Below are positions 32,393 to 41,988 of a DNA stretch of 64,000 nt, piece after piece. Position 1 is the stretch's first letter. Each line of letters starts with the position of its first letter. The DNA is from a virus (lineage: Duplodnaviria; Caudoviricetes): positions 38,385-102,384 of IMG/VR virus record IMGVR_UViG_3300037067_027683; one strand, given 5' to 3'. The notes under the pieces are model-generated. The model saw only the letters and a program-made list of their open reading frames with translations. It was not told the origin of the DNA and did no database searches. A program made the translations under genes and the position numbers.

Positions 32393-32425
32393 TGTCAAAG
32401 ATATCAAAGAAACAGAGGATTTATT

Positions 32426-33241
32426 ATGGCAAGTGCTCCAGACATTCTTCCTAGAGTTAGTGGTAGATTGGGTAATCCAATTGACTTAAATGTTACATTC
32501 TATAGAAATGGTGTGCCAACCGATCCATATGCCATTAGGAAGGTATCTGTTTATAAATCAGCAGTTCAACCAGAGAATTTGGTAGCCGAATTTCCTGTGG
32601 TGCTTCCATCAGATACCATGTACCCGAGTCCCATTTCGAGAGATAATGATTCTTCTGGTACTCCTAGACCTGGAGTATTTCATTTATATTGGGATGTTCC
32701 TGCAAATGGCATTGTGGTGCCAGATATTTTCTTTGATGTATGGTCTTATTTTGCTACAGATCCAGGCGGGAGTGGCGCAACGGCTGAAGAAGCTAATCTA
32801 AATGACGAAAGTTTATGGACTTCATGTTGTAATCAATTTTGGTTATATTCTGACGGATTTTTCTGCGACGATGGTTTGACTAATATCAGGCTAGGTTTTG
32901 AACCAATGGATATTAAAATGACTCAACCAGAGACAAGGACAATCGAGGTTGGTATTACACCATTGCCATTATATGATTTTGATTTTAACAAGATTGCTCC
33001 TATTATTCCAAGATTAACTGCTACTTTTACTATGACTACAGATAATTGTGAACTTATTATTGATCGTGCTCCGATGAGAATTGGTCTGCGGCAAGGAACA
33101 TATAGAACTAATCCATTTACTCTGATGTATCTTTTTGATACCAAGATTGTCCTCAAGGGATCATACCAGTACCAAGTCGTGGTGACTTTGCCGAACGGCG
33201 AAACAAGGGCTAGCCCGTACTTTCATTTACAGGTTTCCTAA
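32426..33241 (+). CDS. putative virion structural protein (beta-rich)
   Basis: late-type motif CAAAGATA upstream; Ig-like composition. Confidence 0.6.
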   Translation: MASAPDILPRVSGRLGNPIDLNVTFYRNGVPTDPYAIRKVSVYKSAVQPENLVAEFPVVLPSDTMYPSPISRDNDSSGTPRPGVFHLYWDVPANGIVVPDIFFDVWSYFATDPGGSGATAEEANLNDESLWTSCCNQFWLYSDGFFCDDGLTNIRLGFEPMDIKMTQPETRTIEVGITPLPLYDFDFNKIAPIIPRLTATFTMTTDNCELIIDRAPMRIGLRQGTYRTNPFTLMYLFDTKIVLKGSYQYQVVVTLPNGETRASPYFHLQVS

Positions 33242-33718
33242 ATGAATAAACTACATGATTTCGATTGGGAATACCAACCATTGCGTGGTCCTAAGCCATA
33301 TCGTGCTTATGAATCGAAGCAATGGCTAAATGCCATACCAGGTAATCCACTCAGAGAATTTCTAGATAAGTTCTACCCAGAATCACTTGGCCGAATAATG
33401 ATAGAATCAGTCATGGTATATGACCCATCGACTGATTATGATTATGTTGTCAAGCCTTTCTTGTGTGATGATACAATTCGCGCTTCTCATTGGGATTTAA
33501 TTGATAATTTGCCAGAATCACGATTGTTTACTGTGGCATCGATGGTAAAGCCAGGTGTTATGATCAAATGCCTTGGGACAGGCATGATTGGTATTGTAAT
33601 GGAATCGAATGAACGTGAAATCATTATGAGCAACGGAACCAAAATTAAAGATCAGCCAGTTGTAATTATGTGTCGTGATAAAGTACAACTGATTGAGAAC
33701 TTTGTCAGAGGAGCATAA
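33242..33718 (+). CDS. hypothetical protein
   Basis: 158-aa coupled ORF. Confidence 0.65.
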   Translation: MNKLHDFDWEYQPLRGPKPYRAYESKQWLNAIPGNPLREFLDKFYPESLGRIMIESVMVYDPSTDYDYVVKPFLCDDTIRASHWDLIDNLPESRLFTVASMVKPGVMIKCLGTGMIGIVMESNEREIIMSNGTKIKDQPVVIMCRDKVQLIENFVRGA

Positions 33719-33719
33719 A

Positions 33720-34160
33720 ATGTCACATGTATACTTGAGTAAAAAAGGTATCAAGAAGATGACTACATATTTGGAAAGTATAGCTCCTGCACTTAAAGGT
33801 AAAATCGAGATAATGGATGGTTTTTTCAGAATTAGTGGTGTAGACTTTTTGGTTCGTGTGCCTATTGTAGAAGACATTCCAATTTCGGCGCAGGCTCAGA
33901 CAGTTGACGCTTCTACGGTTGCTCCTGGGTCTCAACCGGTTGGCAAAGCTCCACAATCTAATGTTAAGAGTGTTGGTAGAGCTGGTGAACAGAAACGCAG
34001 TGAACAAGAATTACGAGATCTTGGTGATCGTTTGTCTAAGATATTTCCTACACGTGCTGAGCTTGATAATTATTTGCAGAAGTTAGAACGAAAACAAGAT
34101 ACTACTCAGGAATTAAGTAATGCATTTGGTCAAATCGCTCAGTCGCTCTCTAAACGTTAG
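33720..34160 (+). CDS. hypothetical protein
   Basis: GAGGAG RBS before ATG 33720. Confidence 0.65.
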   Translation: MSHVYLSKKGIKKMTTYLESIAPALKGKIEIMDGFFRISGVDFLVRVPIVEDIPISAQAQTVDASTVAPGSQPVGKAPQSNVKSVGRAGEQKRSEQELRDLGDRLSKIFPTRAELDNYLQKLERKQDTTQELSNAFGQIAQSLSKR

Positions 34161-34168
34161 ATCTGTAT

Positions 34169-35896
34169 TTGATGAGTATGATTGCGAGAATTCTTGATAA
34201 CCATTTTATTAATCTAGAGCAATTAAGTCCAGCTATAGAGGAACATCTTATACGATGGTTTAGTGTTCGTAGTCCACGTGCTCATTTCATTAGTTCTGGA
34301 TGGGATGGTTGGTTTAGGAGGTATAATGTAGAACGTCGTCGATTGGCACTCCCATTTCTTAATGAACTTATTCAGCGTTGTAGTAAAGCTAATATTCCAC
34401 TAGACATCAATGACGAGAGACCTGCGCCAAAGTATCCAGCTCCACAAGAAGACCAGATAACTGAGACGTTGTTGGATGGCATAACGTTAGATTCTTATCA
34501 AGTTAGATCTATTAGGTGTTGTTGTAAAGAAGAAATTGGTCTTGTCAATGTTCCAGTTGGTGGTGGAAAGACTGAATTGATGGCTGGTTTAATTAAAAGC
34601 TATCGTTGTCCTACAGTTGTTATTACTGAGCAAATAGTTGTGCTTGAACAAATTGTTGATAGATTGACACTGCGTAACGTAGTACACAACAATGATATTG
34701 GTTTATTTTGTCACGGTTATATGCCAGACAATAATTTAGTTGTGGTTGGTAGTATTCAGTCATTGTCTACTCCAAAAAGACCAGATAAGGAAGAAATATT
34801 TAAAAATTTCGTTATAAATGATGCTCTGAAGACATTAACTAATTGGGCCAATAAGCATGATGAACGAGTTGAAGAAGTTTTTGAATATGCGCCAGGATTA
34901 GCAGAAGCAATATATGATAATCCAGGTGGTATTATGGTATTGAAAGGTAGATTTCTCCAATATGTGACTGATTATTTTAGAGAAAGAGATTGGAAGATCA
35001 AATTGTCGGCTTATAAAACCAGATTAGAACATGCTACCAAAATCCAAGAATTCGTTGCCAAATGTGACTTGTTATTGGTCGATGAGGCTGATTTGGCAAC
35101 TACTAGTCAGTACGCAGCACTGTTTAAGAAATACTTTAAGGGTCGTAGGAGATATGGCTTTACAGGTACTGTCAATGATAAAGATAAGCCGGTCCAAACT
35201 TTATTGCTAAAGGAGAATTTAGGCAACATAATTGCTGAGGCATCTCGTGATGAAGTGCGGGTCGCTGGTAGAACTGTGCCTATCAAATTTGTAATGCTGG
35301 CGGTTGGTGAAGATGGCGATAAGACTGATGGTCGTGCTTATGATATTGCCGAGAAAGAAGAATTAATTGAAAATGTGGAATTCCATAGACTTGTTGCTAA
35401 TGTGGTATCTTCATTCCCAGACGACAGGACATTGATTTTAGTTGAAACTTCACCAATCGAGCCATTGGGTTACGCACTTCAAGAATTAATTCCTGGTTCC
35501 AGGTTTGTCTATGGACAAACTCCCAGAGAAGAACGTAAGGATTGTGTTGATCGATTTGAAAAGGGAACTTTGAGGACAATTATTGGTAGTAAGATTTTCA
35601 AAAGGGGTCTCGATATTAAAGGTGGCGTCGAAAATTTAATTATCATTGGTGGTGGGGCTAAATGGTCGGATTTTGATCAGAAAATAGGTCGGGCAGTCCG
35701 TGTGAATAAGAGGGGTTGGGCAAGGGTATTTGGATTTTTCTTTCTCAATAATAAATATTTGTACAAACATTCGAGGGAAAACCTCAAGGCAGTTGTGAGC
35801 ATGGGGTATTCCACGAAAATTTTAGTGAATGGGCGAGAAATCGATGGCCAAGACTTCATTAAGTCCCAATTCAAGTTGCGTAAAGCCGGAACCTAA
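34169..35896 (+). CDS. uvsW: SF2 DNA helicase (UvsW-like)
   Basis: YQ motif, PVGGGKT, DEAD, GFTGT, GLDI, QKIGRAVR. Confidence 0.85.
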   Translation: MMSMIARILDNHFINLEQLSPAIEEHLIRWFSVRSPRAHFISSGWDGWFRRYNVERRRLALPFLNELIQRCSKANIPLDINDERPAPKYPAPQEDQITETLLDGITLDSYQVRSIRCCCKEEIGLVNVPVGGGKTELMAGLIKSYRCPTVVITEQIVVLEQIVDRLTLRNVVHNNDIGLFCHGYMPDNNLVVVGSIQSLSTPKRPDKEEIFKNFVINDALKTLTNWANKHDERVEEVFEYAPGLAEAIYDNPGGIMVLKGRFLQYVTDYFRERDWKIKLSAYKTRLEHATKIQEFVAKCDLLLVDEADLATTSQYAALFKKYFKGRRRYGFTGTVNDKDKPVQTLLLKENLGNIIAEASRDEVRVAGRTVPIKFVMLAVGEDGDKTDGRAYDIAEKEELIENVEFHRLVANVVSSFPDDRTLILVETSPIEPLGYALQELIPGSRFVYGQTPREERKDCVDRFEKGTLRTIIGSKIFKRGLDIKGGVENLIIIGGGAKWSDFDQKIGRAVRVNKRGWARVFGFFFLNNKYLYKHSRENLKAVVSMGYSTKILVNGREIDGQDFIKSQFKLRKAGT

Positions 35897-36752
35897 TGAA
35901 GATTTTGAACGACGAGAAATTCTACATAAGAATTATTATTTTGATAACGAAAAAGTAGAGAGACTTCTGCACGAATATCTTGAAGGAGCATGCACCAACG
36001 TACGATTACGTGATGAGATTATGATTCATGCGTCCGAACTAATTCATCAGATCATCAAGGCACATAACTTATCACAAATTTGTCCAGGTAAAGATGACTC
36101 TTCGATCAATGACTTATTTCAAACTGCCTGGATACAAATAGAAAGCGCATTATATAAATACGAGGCAAAGGCACATTGTGCCAAATGTTATAACGCAATG
36201 CGCCCAAATGATTCAGTATTGATTGAGAGTTATGCATTTACTGGCGATGTCGTTAAGCGGATTGGTAGATGTCCATATTGTAAGGTCAAATTGGAACCAG
36301 GCGCCATATATTATCGTGGGAAATCAAAAGTTTTCAATATGTATTCGCAAATTGCTCGCACAGTGATTTTGGCATATATCAAAAAAGAAAATCGTGATCG
36401 TAAAAATAGTCCTGTATTCCAGACACATCTAGAAAACAAAACTGTTCCGAAGAGTCATGCACTAGATAGATTCCTACACGAGGCTGCAGAATTATGTCAA
36501 CATAGTGAAGATAATGTAAAGATTCTTGATGCAATTAAGCAATTATACATTGACGATGATAAACCACATGAGGGACTTATTTCTAAGTTAGTTTCTAAAT
36601 CTGGGTTGCCGAGAAGTACCGTTACTAGTTTCTTGAAAATAGTACGTCTTAGAAGTTTTGAATTTACTGATAGTCCTGTCAATGAAGAGATTGATACGGT
36701 CAAACGCAAACAGTATGATGGGAATGATCCAAGTACTAAGGAACCAGAATGA
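35829..36752 (+). CDS. late-transcription sigma factor (gp55-like) with Zn-ribbon insertion
   Basis: NYYFDN, DLFQ.AW, K.FNMYSQIA..ILAYIKKE region-2-like motifs; start codon uncertain (35829 or 35844). Confidence 0.7.
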   Translation: MGEKSMAKTSLSPNSSCVKPEPNEDFERREILHKNYYFDNEKVERLLHEYLEGACTNVRLRDEIMIHASELIHQIIKAHNLSQICPGKDDSSINDLFQTAWIQIESALYKYEAKAHCAKCYNAMRPNDSVLIESYAFTGDVVKRIGRCPYCKVKLEPGAIYYRGKSKVFNMYSQIARTVILAYIKKENRDRKNSPVFQTHLENKTVPKSHALDRFLHEAAELCQHSEDNVKILDAIKQLYIDDDKPHEGLISKLVSKSGLPRSTVTSFLKIVRLRSFEFTDSPVNEEIDTVKRKQYDGNDPSTKEPE

Positions 36753-37267
36753 TGAATAAGAAGATTGAGGAAGCAACACCTAAATCTACCAAAGAGAGAA
36801 TTTTGCGTAGAACTCGCCGCAAAATTGGAACTGTAAAACATAGGAGTATGGTTGGCAGAGTTGTACCAAAGAAAACTGCCAATAATGATCCAAGTAGAGG
36901 AGGGAATAGAATTCACAACAAGCCTCTACCAGATGAGATTAAAGAGTCAATCTTGTGGTGGGCTAAAAATACTGATAAACGAGGTAGAGATCTATACGAA
37001 GCTCTATCCAAATTAGATGACAAACATATCGATGCTTTGGGCAAACTAGTTGAACACATGATAGTTACTAGTTTAGGTGGATGGTTTAAGCGTGATGATA
37101 GTTTTGTTAATCTAACTGGACATACTGCTTCACTTGATAATTGGGTATTAGAAGGCGATAAATTGAGACCAATTACTGAGTCGAAAGATTACGTTAATCC
37201 CTGTTTGGATTGGCTACTAGAAGTGAGAGAATACTGCGATGCCAGACCAACCAATAGCAGAAGATAA
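36749..37267 (+). CDS. hypothetical protein
   Basis: 172-aa coupled ORF. Confidence 0.65.
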   Translation: MMNKKIEEATPKSTKERILRRTRRKIGTVKHRSMVGRVVPKKTANNDPSRGGNRIHNKPLPDEIKESILWWAKNTDKRGRDLYEALSKLDDKHIDALGKLVEHMIVTSLGGWFKRDDSFVNLTGHTASLDNWVLEGDKLRPITESKDYVNPCLDWLLEVREYCDARPTNSRR

Positions 37268-37856
37268 AGAATTAATTAGTCTGCTTAATAAATTAGGCAA
37301 GCAGCCAACAGATACTATTGATTCAGAACAGGAACCTATAGCGCAATCGGTACGTCCAGAAGTTGTAAGAGACGTACCAATAATCGCAGAAATGTCGAAA
37401 TCAGTTGTGGAACCAGAATTAAGACCACCTGCACCACCTGAAGTCCCAAAATCTGATTTAATGAATACAGCTCCACAACCAAAGGATGCAGCTGAGATTA
37501 GTCAATTATTGACTAAATTTGCGACAGTTATAGACACTATCATTGCTAATTATGGAACTGATCGTGGTCAGATTGAGTTAGCAATACAATTGATTGAACC
37601 AATGATACGAGAAGCAGCTACTGTAAACAAAAAGGTTCCACCGGCTTTCGTAGATTCTTGGACTAGACTATTACAAACTAAGGCCGAAATTAATACAAAT
37701 GCAACTAGTGCTCTAGATTCTGTTGCAAAACTCCTAGCTGCCGCAAAAAATAATCAATTGGTTGTTCAAACTAATGTGGGCACCAAGGGCGGCGGGATGG
37801 ATTTAGTGACACTGTTGCAGCTTCCTCGTACGGAAGACGAGGATTTGACTAGATGA
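37239..37856 (+). CDS. putative terminase small subunit
   Basis: helical C-terminal half; immediately upstream of TerL (positional inference only). Confidence 0.45.
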   Translation: MPDQPIAEDKELISLLNKLGKQPTDTIDSEQEPIAQSVRPEVVRDVPIIAEMSKSVVEPELRPPAPPEVPKSDLMNTAPQPKDAAEISQLLTKFATVIDTIIANYGTDRGQIELAIQLIEPMIREAATVNKKVPPAFVDSWTRLLQTKAEINTNATSALDSVAKLLAAAKNNQLVVQTNVGTKGGGMDLVTLLQLPRTEDEDLTR

Positions 37857-39766
37857 TTGAAGTAGTAAATCTTAATCAAATGCAAATGATGACAGCGCTT
37901 ATTAAGCGCTGCCAAGCAAGTGCTATATTCTTTATTGAAAATTTCTGTAAAGTTAAACACCAGAAAGCAGGTATTTTGCCGTTTAGTTTATTCAGTTATC
38001 AACGCAGATCTTTGGTTGATTTTCTAAAAAATAGATTCGTTGTTTATAAGAAGACTAGACAATGTGGTATCTCTACTTTAAGTGGTGCTTTTGCGTTGTG
38101 GTATGCAATGTTCTTCCCACATAAGACTATCTTGATTGTATCCAAACGTGATCTAGATGCTAAAGAATTCTTAGCTAAAAATGTTAAGTTCCCATATGAT
38201 AATCTTCCACAAGAATTTAAAGATCTGTGGGGAGATCCACCACCAACCTATAATGAACATCATATTATATTCCCTAATGGGTCGTCAATTAAGAGTTTGA
38301 CGTGTGGTAAGGATACCCTACGAGCCAATGCGTCATCATTGAATTTAATAGATGAGTCTGGATTCATTCCTTGTATGGATGCTATGTGGGCAGGTGGCGC
38401 AAGTACAGTTATGCATGGTGGTACTACCATAGTGATCTCAACGACGAATGGAGTTGGTAATTGGTATCATTCAACTTGGCAGGATGCTGTTGAAAATAAA
38501 AACAATTTTCATCCTATTAAAGTTGATTGGTGGGACATGGATTGGGAATTATCATATAAAGATGAATTAAGTGGGAATACTGTTAAAATATCGCCACGTG
38601 CTGGAATTCGTAAATGTGAATCAAAAGAAGAAATCGATAAATGGGGTCCTTGGTGGAGTCCTTGGCTTGAAGAGCAATATCGGATTTTGCAAAGTCGTGG
38701 TGAGGAGAATAAGTTTAGACAGGAAGTATTGGCTGAATTTCTTGGTACTGGCAATTCTGTTCTGCCGCCAGACCGCTTGAAGAACATACAAAAAACAATC
38801 AAAGACGACTATCAAGTGGTTAATGAAGTTGACTATACTAATCCTGTAACCGGTGATGAATTCAAGTTATATTTTGAAAATCAATTACGCATATGGCATA
38901 AACCAGTAAGACCAGAACCACCGGAAATTGAGAATGGAAGAATAATCAAACCAGCTAAGCCAGGTCATGTTTATAGTGTCGGTGTCGATATTTCATCTGG
39001 TGAGGCAGACGATTATTCTGCGATTGAAGTAATTGATTGTAACGCTATGCATCAGGTAGCAGAATTAAATATTAAGGTAATGCCCAAACAATTAATTTAT
39101 ATGGTTGATTATATTGCCAGATGGTATAATAATGCCTTTGTTGTTCCAGAACGCACTGGATTAGGGATACCAGTATGCCAATCTCTTTATAGTGATATTG
39201 GATATGCTAATTTATTTAGAATGAGACTGCCGACTGGAAAGTTGAGTAAGAAAATAGGTTTTCCAACATCTCCTACCTATAAGCCACAATTAAATAAGGC
39301 AATATTAGATAATCTTGGTCATGATGAAGAAGATGAAGGAGTTGTAATCTATAGTAGTAGATTATGGCAGCAACTTACAATCTATGTGCATTTTGGCAAT
39401 AACAGAACTGGACATGTCGATGGTCCTGGTAATCATAGTGACTTGTCGATTGCTATGGGATTGGCCTTAGTTGGTATTATGGATGCTGTGCAGGGCGAGC
39501 CTACATCTTTAATTCCGACTCAGGGTTCCGATCAATCTGAGCCAATACTTGAATCGCAAAAGAAGTTAGATGATATGCGTAATGCTGGTGGTCTGAATGT
39601 TTTAATGCCATTTATTACTGCGCCACAATTATCTATATCAATGAGTCCTGACGATGAGTTGCGTAAATTTACAAACCAGCTTGGTGGAGTTCCATTGGGT
39701 TCTAAAACAGCCACACAACAGGCATTTGTAACTAAACGAAAGAATGTAATTAATTATCCAAAGTAA
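37853..39766 (+). CDS. terminase large subunit (gp17-like)
   Basis: FIENF, YQ, KTRQCGIST, IDE, STTNG, FRQE, GVDIS..DYS, HSD. Confidence 0.95.
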   Translation: MIEVVNLNQMQMMTALIKRCQASAIFFIENFCKVKHQKAGILPFSLFSYQRRSLVDFLKNRFVVYKKTRQCGISTLSGAFALWYAMFFPHKTILIVSKRDLDAKEFLAKNVKFPYDNLPQEFKDLWGDPPPTYNEHHIIFPNGSSIKSLTCGKDTLRANASSLNLIDESGFIPCMDAMWAGGASTVMHGGTTIVISTTNGVGNWYHSTWQDAVENKNNFHPIKVDWWDMDWELSYKDELSGNTVKISPRAGIRKCESKEEIDKWGPWWSPWLEEQYRILQSRGEENKFRQEVLAEFLGTGNSVLPPDRLKNIQKTIKDDYQVVNEVDYTNPVTGDEFKLYFENQLRIWHKPVRPEPPEIENGRIIKPAKPGHVYSVGVDISSGEADDYSAIEVIDCNAMHQVAELNIKVMPKQLIYMVDYIARWYNNAFVVPERTGLGIPVCQSLYSDIGYANLFRMRLPTGKLSKKIGFPTSPTYKPQLNKAILDNLGHDEEDEGVVIYSSRLWQQLTIYVHFGNNRTGHVDGPGNHSDLSIAMGLALVGIMDAVQGEPTSLIPTQGSDQSEPILESQKKLDDMRNAGGLNVLMPFITAPQLSISMSPDDELRKFTNQLGGVPLGSKTATQQAFVTKRKNVINYPK

Positions 39767-39781
39767 AGATATTATAAGGAG

Positions 39782-40057
39782 ATGATCATGAATCAGAATG
39801 ACCCTGCTATCGAAAAAATCGCAGCTACATTAACAGAGAATTTAAATAATAGATTGTTAGAGGATTTTCAGAATGAAGTTGCTTTGTTACAACAAAAGCT
39901 TCAGAATATTGTTCCAAGTTGGCGACCCGAAGCGATAATTGAAATTGTACAATTATTGAAGGGTAGAGGTATTGATATTAATGATGCAGTTATGATGGAC
40001 GATGATAGTTTTATGCGTCTTGTGTATAGAAGCATAGAACAGTCTAGTGAATTCTAA
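39782..40057 (+). CDS. hypothetical protein
   Basis: AAGGAG RBS. Confidence 0.65.
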   Translation: MIMNQNDPAIEKIAATLTENLNNRLLEDFQNEVALLQQKLQNIVPSWRPEAIIEIVQLLKGRGIDINDAVMMDDDSFMRLVYRSIEQSSEF

Positions 40058-40143
40058 CTTGGTATGTAAAAATAGGACCATGCGTTTGTGATAGACATCG
40101 TATAGGAAAATATATGGAGCAGAGAAATTGAGGTTCACTAAAT

Positions 40144-41928
40144 ATGCCACTTAATTGGCAAGTATGGGATCGAATACGTGCCTTTGCTCGCAAGGCTAAT
40201 ATTTATAGGACCGACAATAATTACCAAGACCAAGATATTTTAGATAGAATTGTCTCTGGTGGTGATTTCATTGATTTTAGCAGGCAATCAGCGCTGTTAG
40301 AACAGACAAATTTACAAATTAATAGGTTAGAAAGATATAAAGACTATGATATGATGGACGAAGTTGGCGAAGTTACCTTGGCATTGGACATGTATGGAGA
40401 CGAATCATCACTAGTTGATCCTGAACGCAAGCATTCGGTATTGGTTAAGGCTAAAAGTACTAGAATCAAGATGGTAGTTGAAGATCTTCTATATAATACT
40501 TTGCTGTCTGACAGAGATATCAGACCGATGATTAGATATTTATGCAAATATGGAGATTATCCAGCCGAAATTGTAACCACCAAAAATCGGGATGGCGTAG
40601 CATCATTACGTTTTATGAATGTGTATAATTTCACGCGTATTCAAACCAAACATGGTGATCTAGTTGGTTTCTTCTTCCAAGACCCGACTACTATGCAACC
40701 ATTGTTCTTACATCCTTGGCAGGTTATGCATCTACGATTGACGAGTTTTGAAACACAATATCATCCCTATGGCAGGGCAATTCTAGATGGTGGGCGTAAG
40801 GATTTTAAACGTCTAAGATTGATGGAAGATGCAGCTCTTATCTATAGACTTACACGTGCTCCTGAGAAACGAATCTTTAGTATCCCAGTTGGAAATATAC
40901 CATCGCAACAAGTTCCTCAATATATTGAATTGATTGCTCGTCAGATGAAGAAGCATAAATTTGTTGATCCAGCTTCGGGCCAAGTTAATGAACGTTGGAA
41001 CCCATTAATCCAAGAAGATGATTTCTGGTTGCCAAAACGTGCTGATGGGACAGGTCCTACGATTGATACGCTTCCTGGTGCTGAAAATCTTGACCAGATA
41101 GCTGATATTGAATATTTCAAGAAGAAGATGATTGCTGGTCTTAAAATTCCATTTAGTCGTGTTGGTATTGGCGAACCTAGTGAAGCAGACGGCAGATCAC
41201 TTGCTTCGGTGTCTCCAGAATTTGCTAAAGCAATTCAGTGGATTCAGCGCGAAGTTATTATTGGTTTGAAAAAGGTGGTCATAGTCCATCTGGCCTTGAG
41301 AGGCTATTCGGTAGATGACATAAAGAGTTTCGATCTACATATGACTGCGGCATCTGCAATTGACGAGTTATATCGAATTGAAACATGGAATACACGTGCT
41401 GATATCATAGGCAACCTATTAGAAACTCAATTGTTCCCGAACGAATGGATTCTTGAACGATTCACTGATATGACCAAAGATGAAATTATGCAAATGGAAG
41501 CTAAGAAACGTCGTGAGAAACAAACCCAACCGCCAGCAACTAAAGAAGATATTGATGAACAAGAAAAGATGTTGATGGTTGAATACAACACACTTGAAAA
41601 GCGTATTGATAATGTCAGAGAATTGGATTTACAAGAAGTTCTTCAAACCCCAACTGTTGATTGGTACGTTAATTCTAAAGAATTAGATTCATTGCAGAAT
41701 AATAAGGGTGTTTTGGTGAGTGATAGTATTGCTAAGGAAGAATCTGATTCTGTAATCAAGGAGACACGGCTTTTGGTGACTGGTGGTGATGATGAGGTAG
41801 TCGATGCTGCTACGAATTCTATAGATCCACAGAAAGTTATTTCAGAAGAGGTTGATAAGATAATTAGAACACCTACCACAATTACTCCTAATGATAAAGA
41901 TGAAGAAGTAAGTGCTGATCAAACTTAA
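40144..41928 (+). CDS. portal protein (gp20-like)
   Basis: LRLMEDAALIYRLTRAPEKRIF.IPVGN, EDDFWLP.R, IDTLPGAENL, DIEYF, LKIP. Confidence 0.96.
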   Translation: MPLNWQVWDRIRAFARKANIYRTDNNYQDQDILDRIVSGGDFIDFSRQSALLEQTNLQINRLERYKDYDMMDEVGEVTLALDMYGDESSLVDPERKHSVLVKAKSTRIKMVVEDLLYNTLLSDRDIRPMIRYLCKYGDYPAEIVTTKNRDGVASLRFMNVYNFTRIQTKHGDLVGFFFQDPTTMQPLFLHPWQVMHLRLTSFETQYHPYGRAILDGGRKDFKRLRLMEDAALIYRLTRAPEKRIFSIPVGNIPSQQVPQYIELIARQMKKHKFVDPASGQVNERWNPLIQEDDFWLPKRADGTGPTIDTLPGAENLDQIADIEYFKKKMIAGLKIPFSRVGIGEPSEADGRSLASVSPEFAKAIQWIQREVIIGLKKVVIVHLALRGYSVDDIKSFDLHMTAASAIDELYRIETWNTRADIIGNLLETQLFPNEWILERFTDMTKDEIMQMEAKKRREKQTQPPATKEDIDEQEKMLMVEYNTLEKRIDNVRELDLQEVLQTPTVDWYVNSKELDSLQNNKGVLVSDSIAKEESDSVIKETRLLVTGGDDEVVDAATNSIDPQKVISEEVDKIIRTPTTITPNDKDEEVSADQT

Positions 41929-41988
41929 GATAGACATAGGACTTAATCCTCGCTATGGCGAGATTGTGATGAAAGGACGAGACAAAAC

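Noticed and set aside
5089-39766. Inteins in RNR, helicase or terminase
   Set aside because: Lengths are ordinary and no splice-junction or LAGLIDADG motifs were seen.
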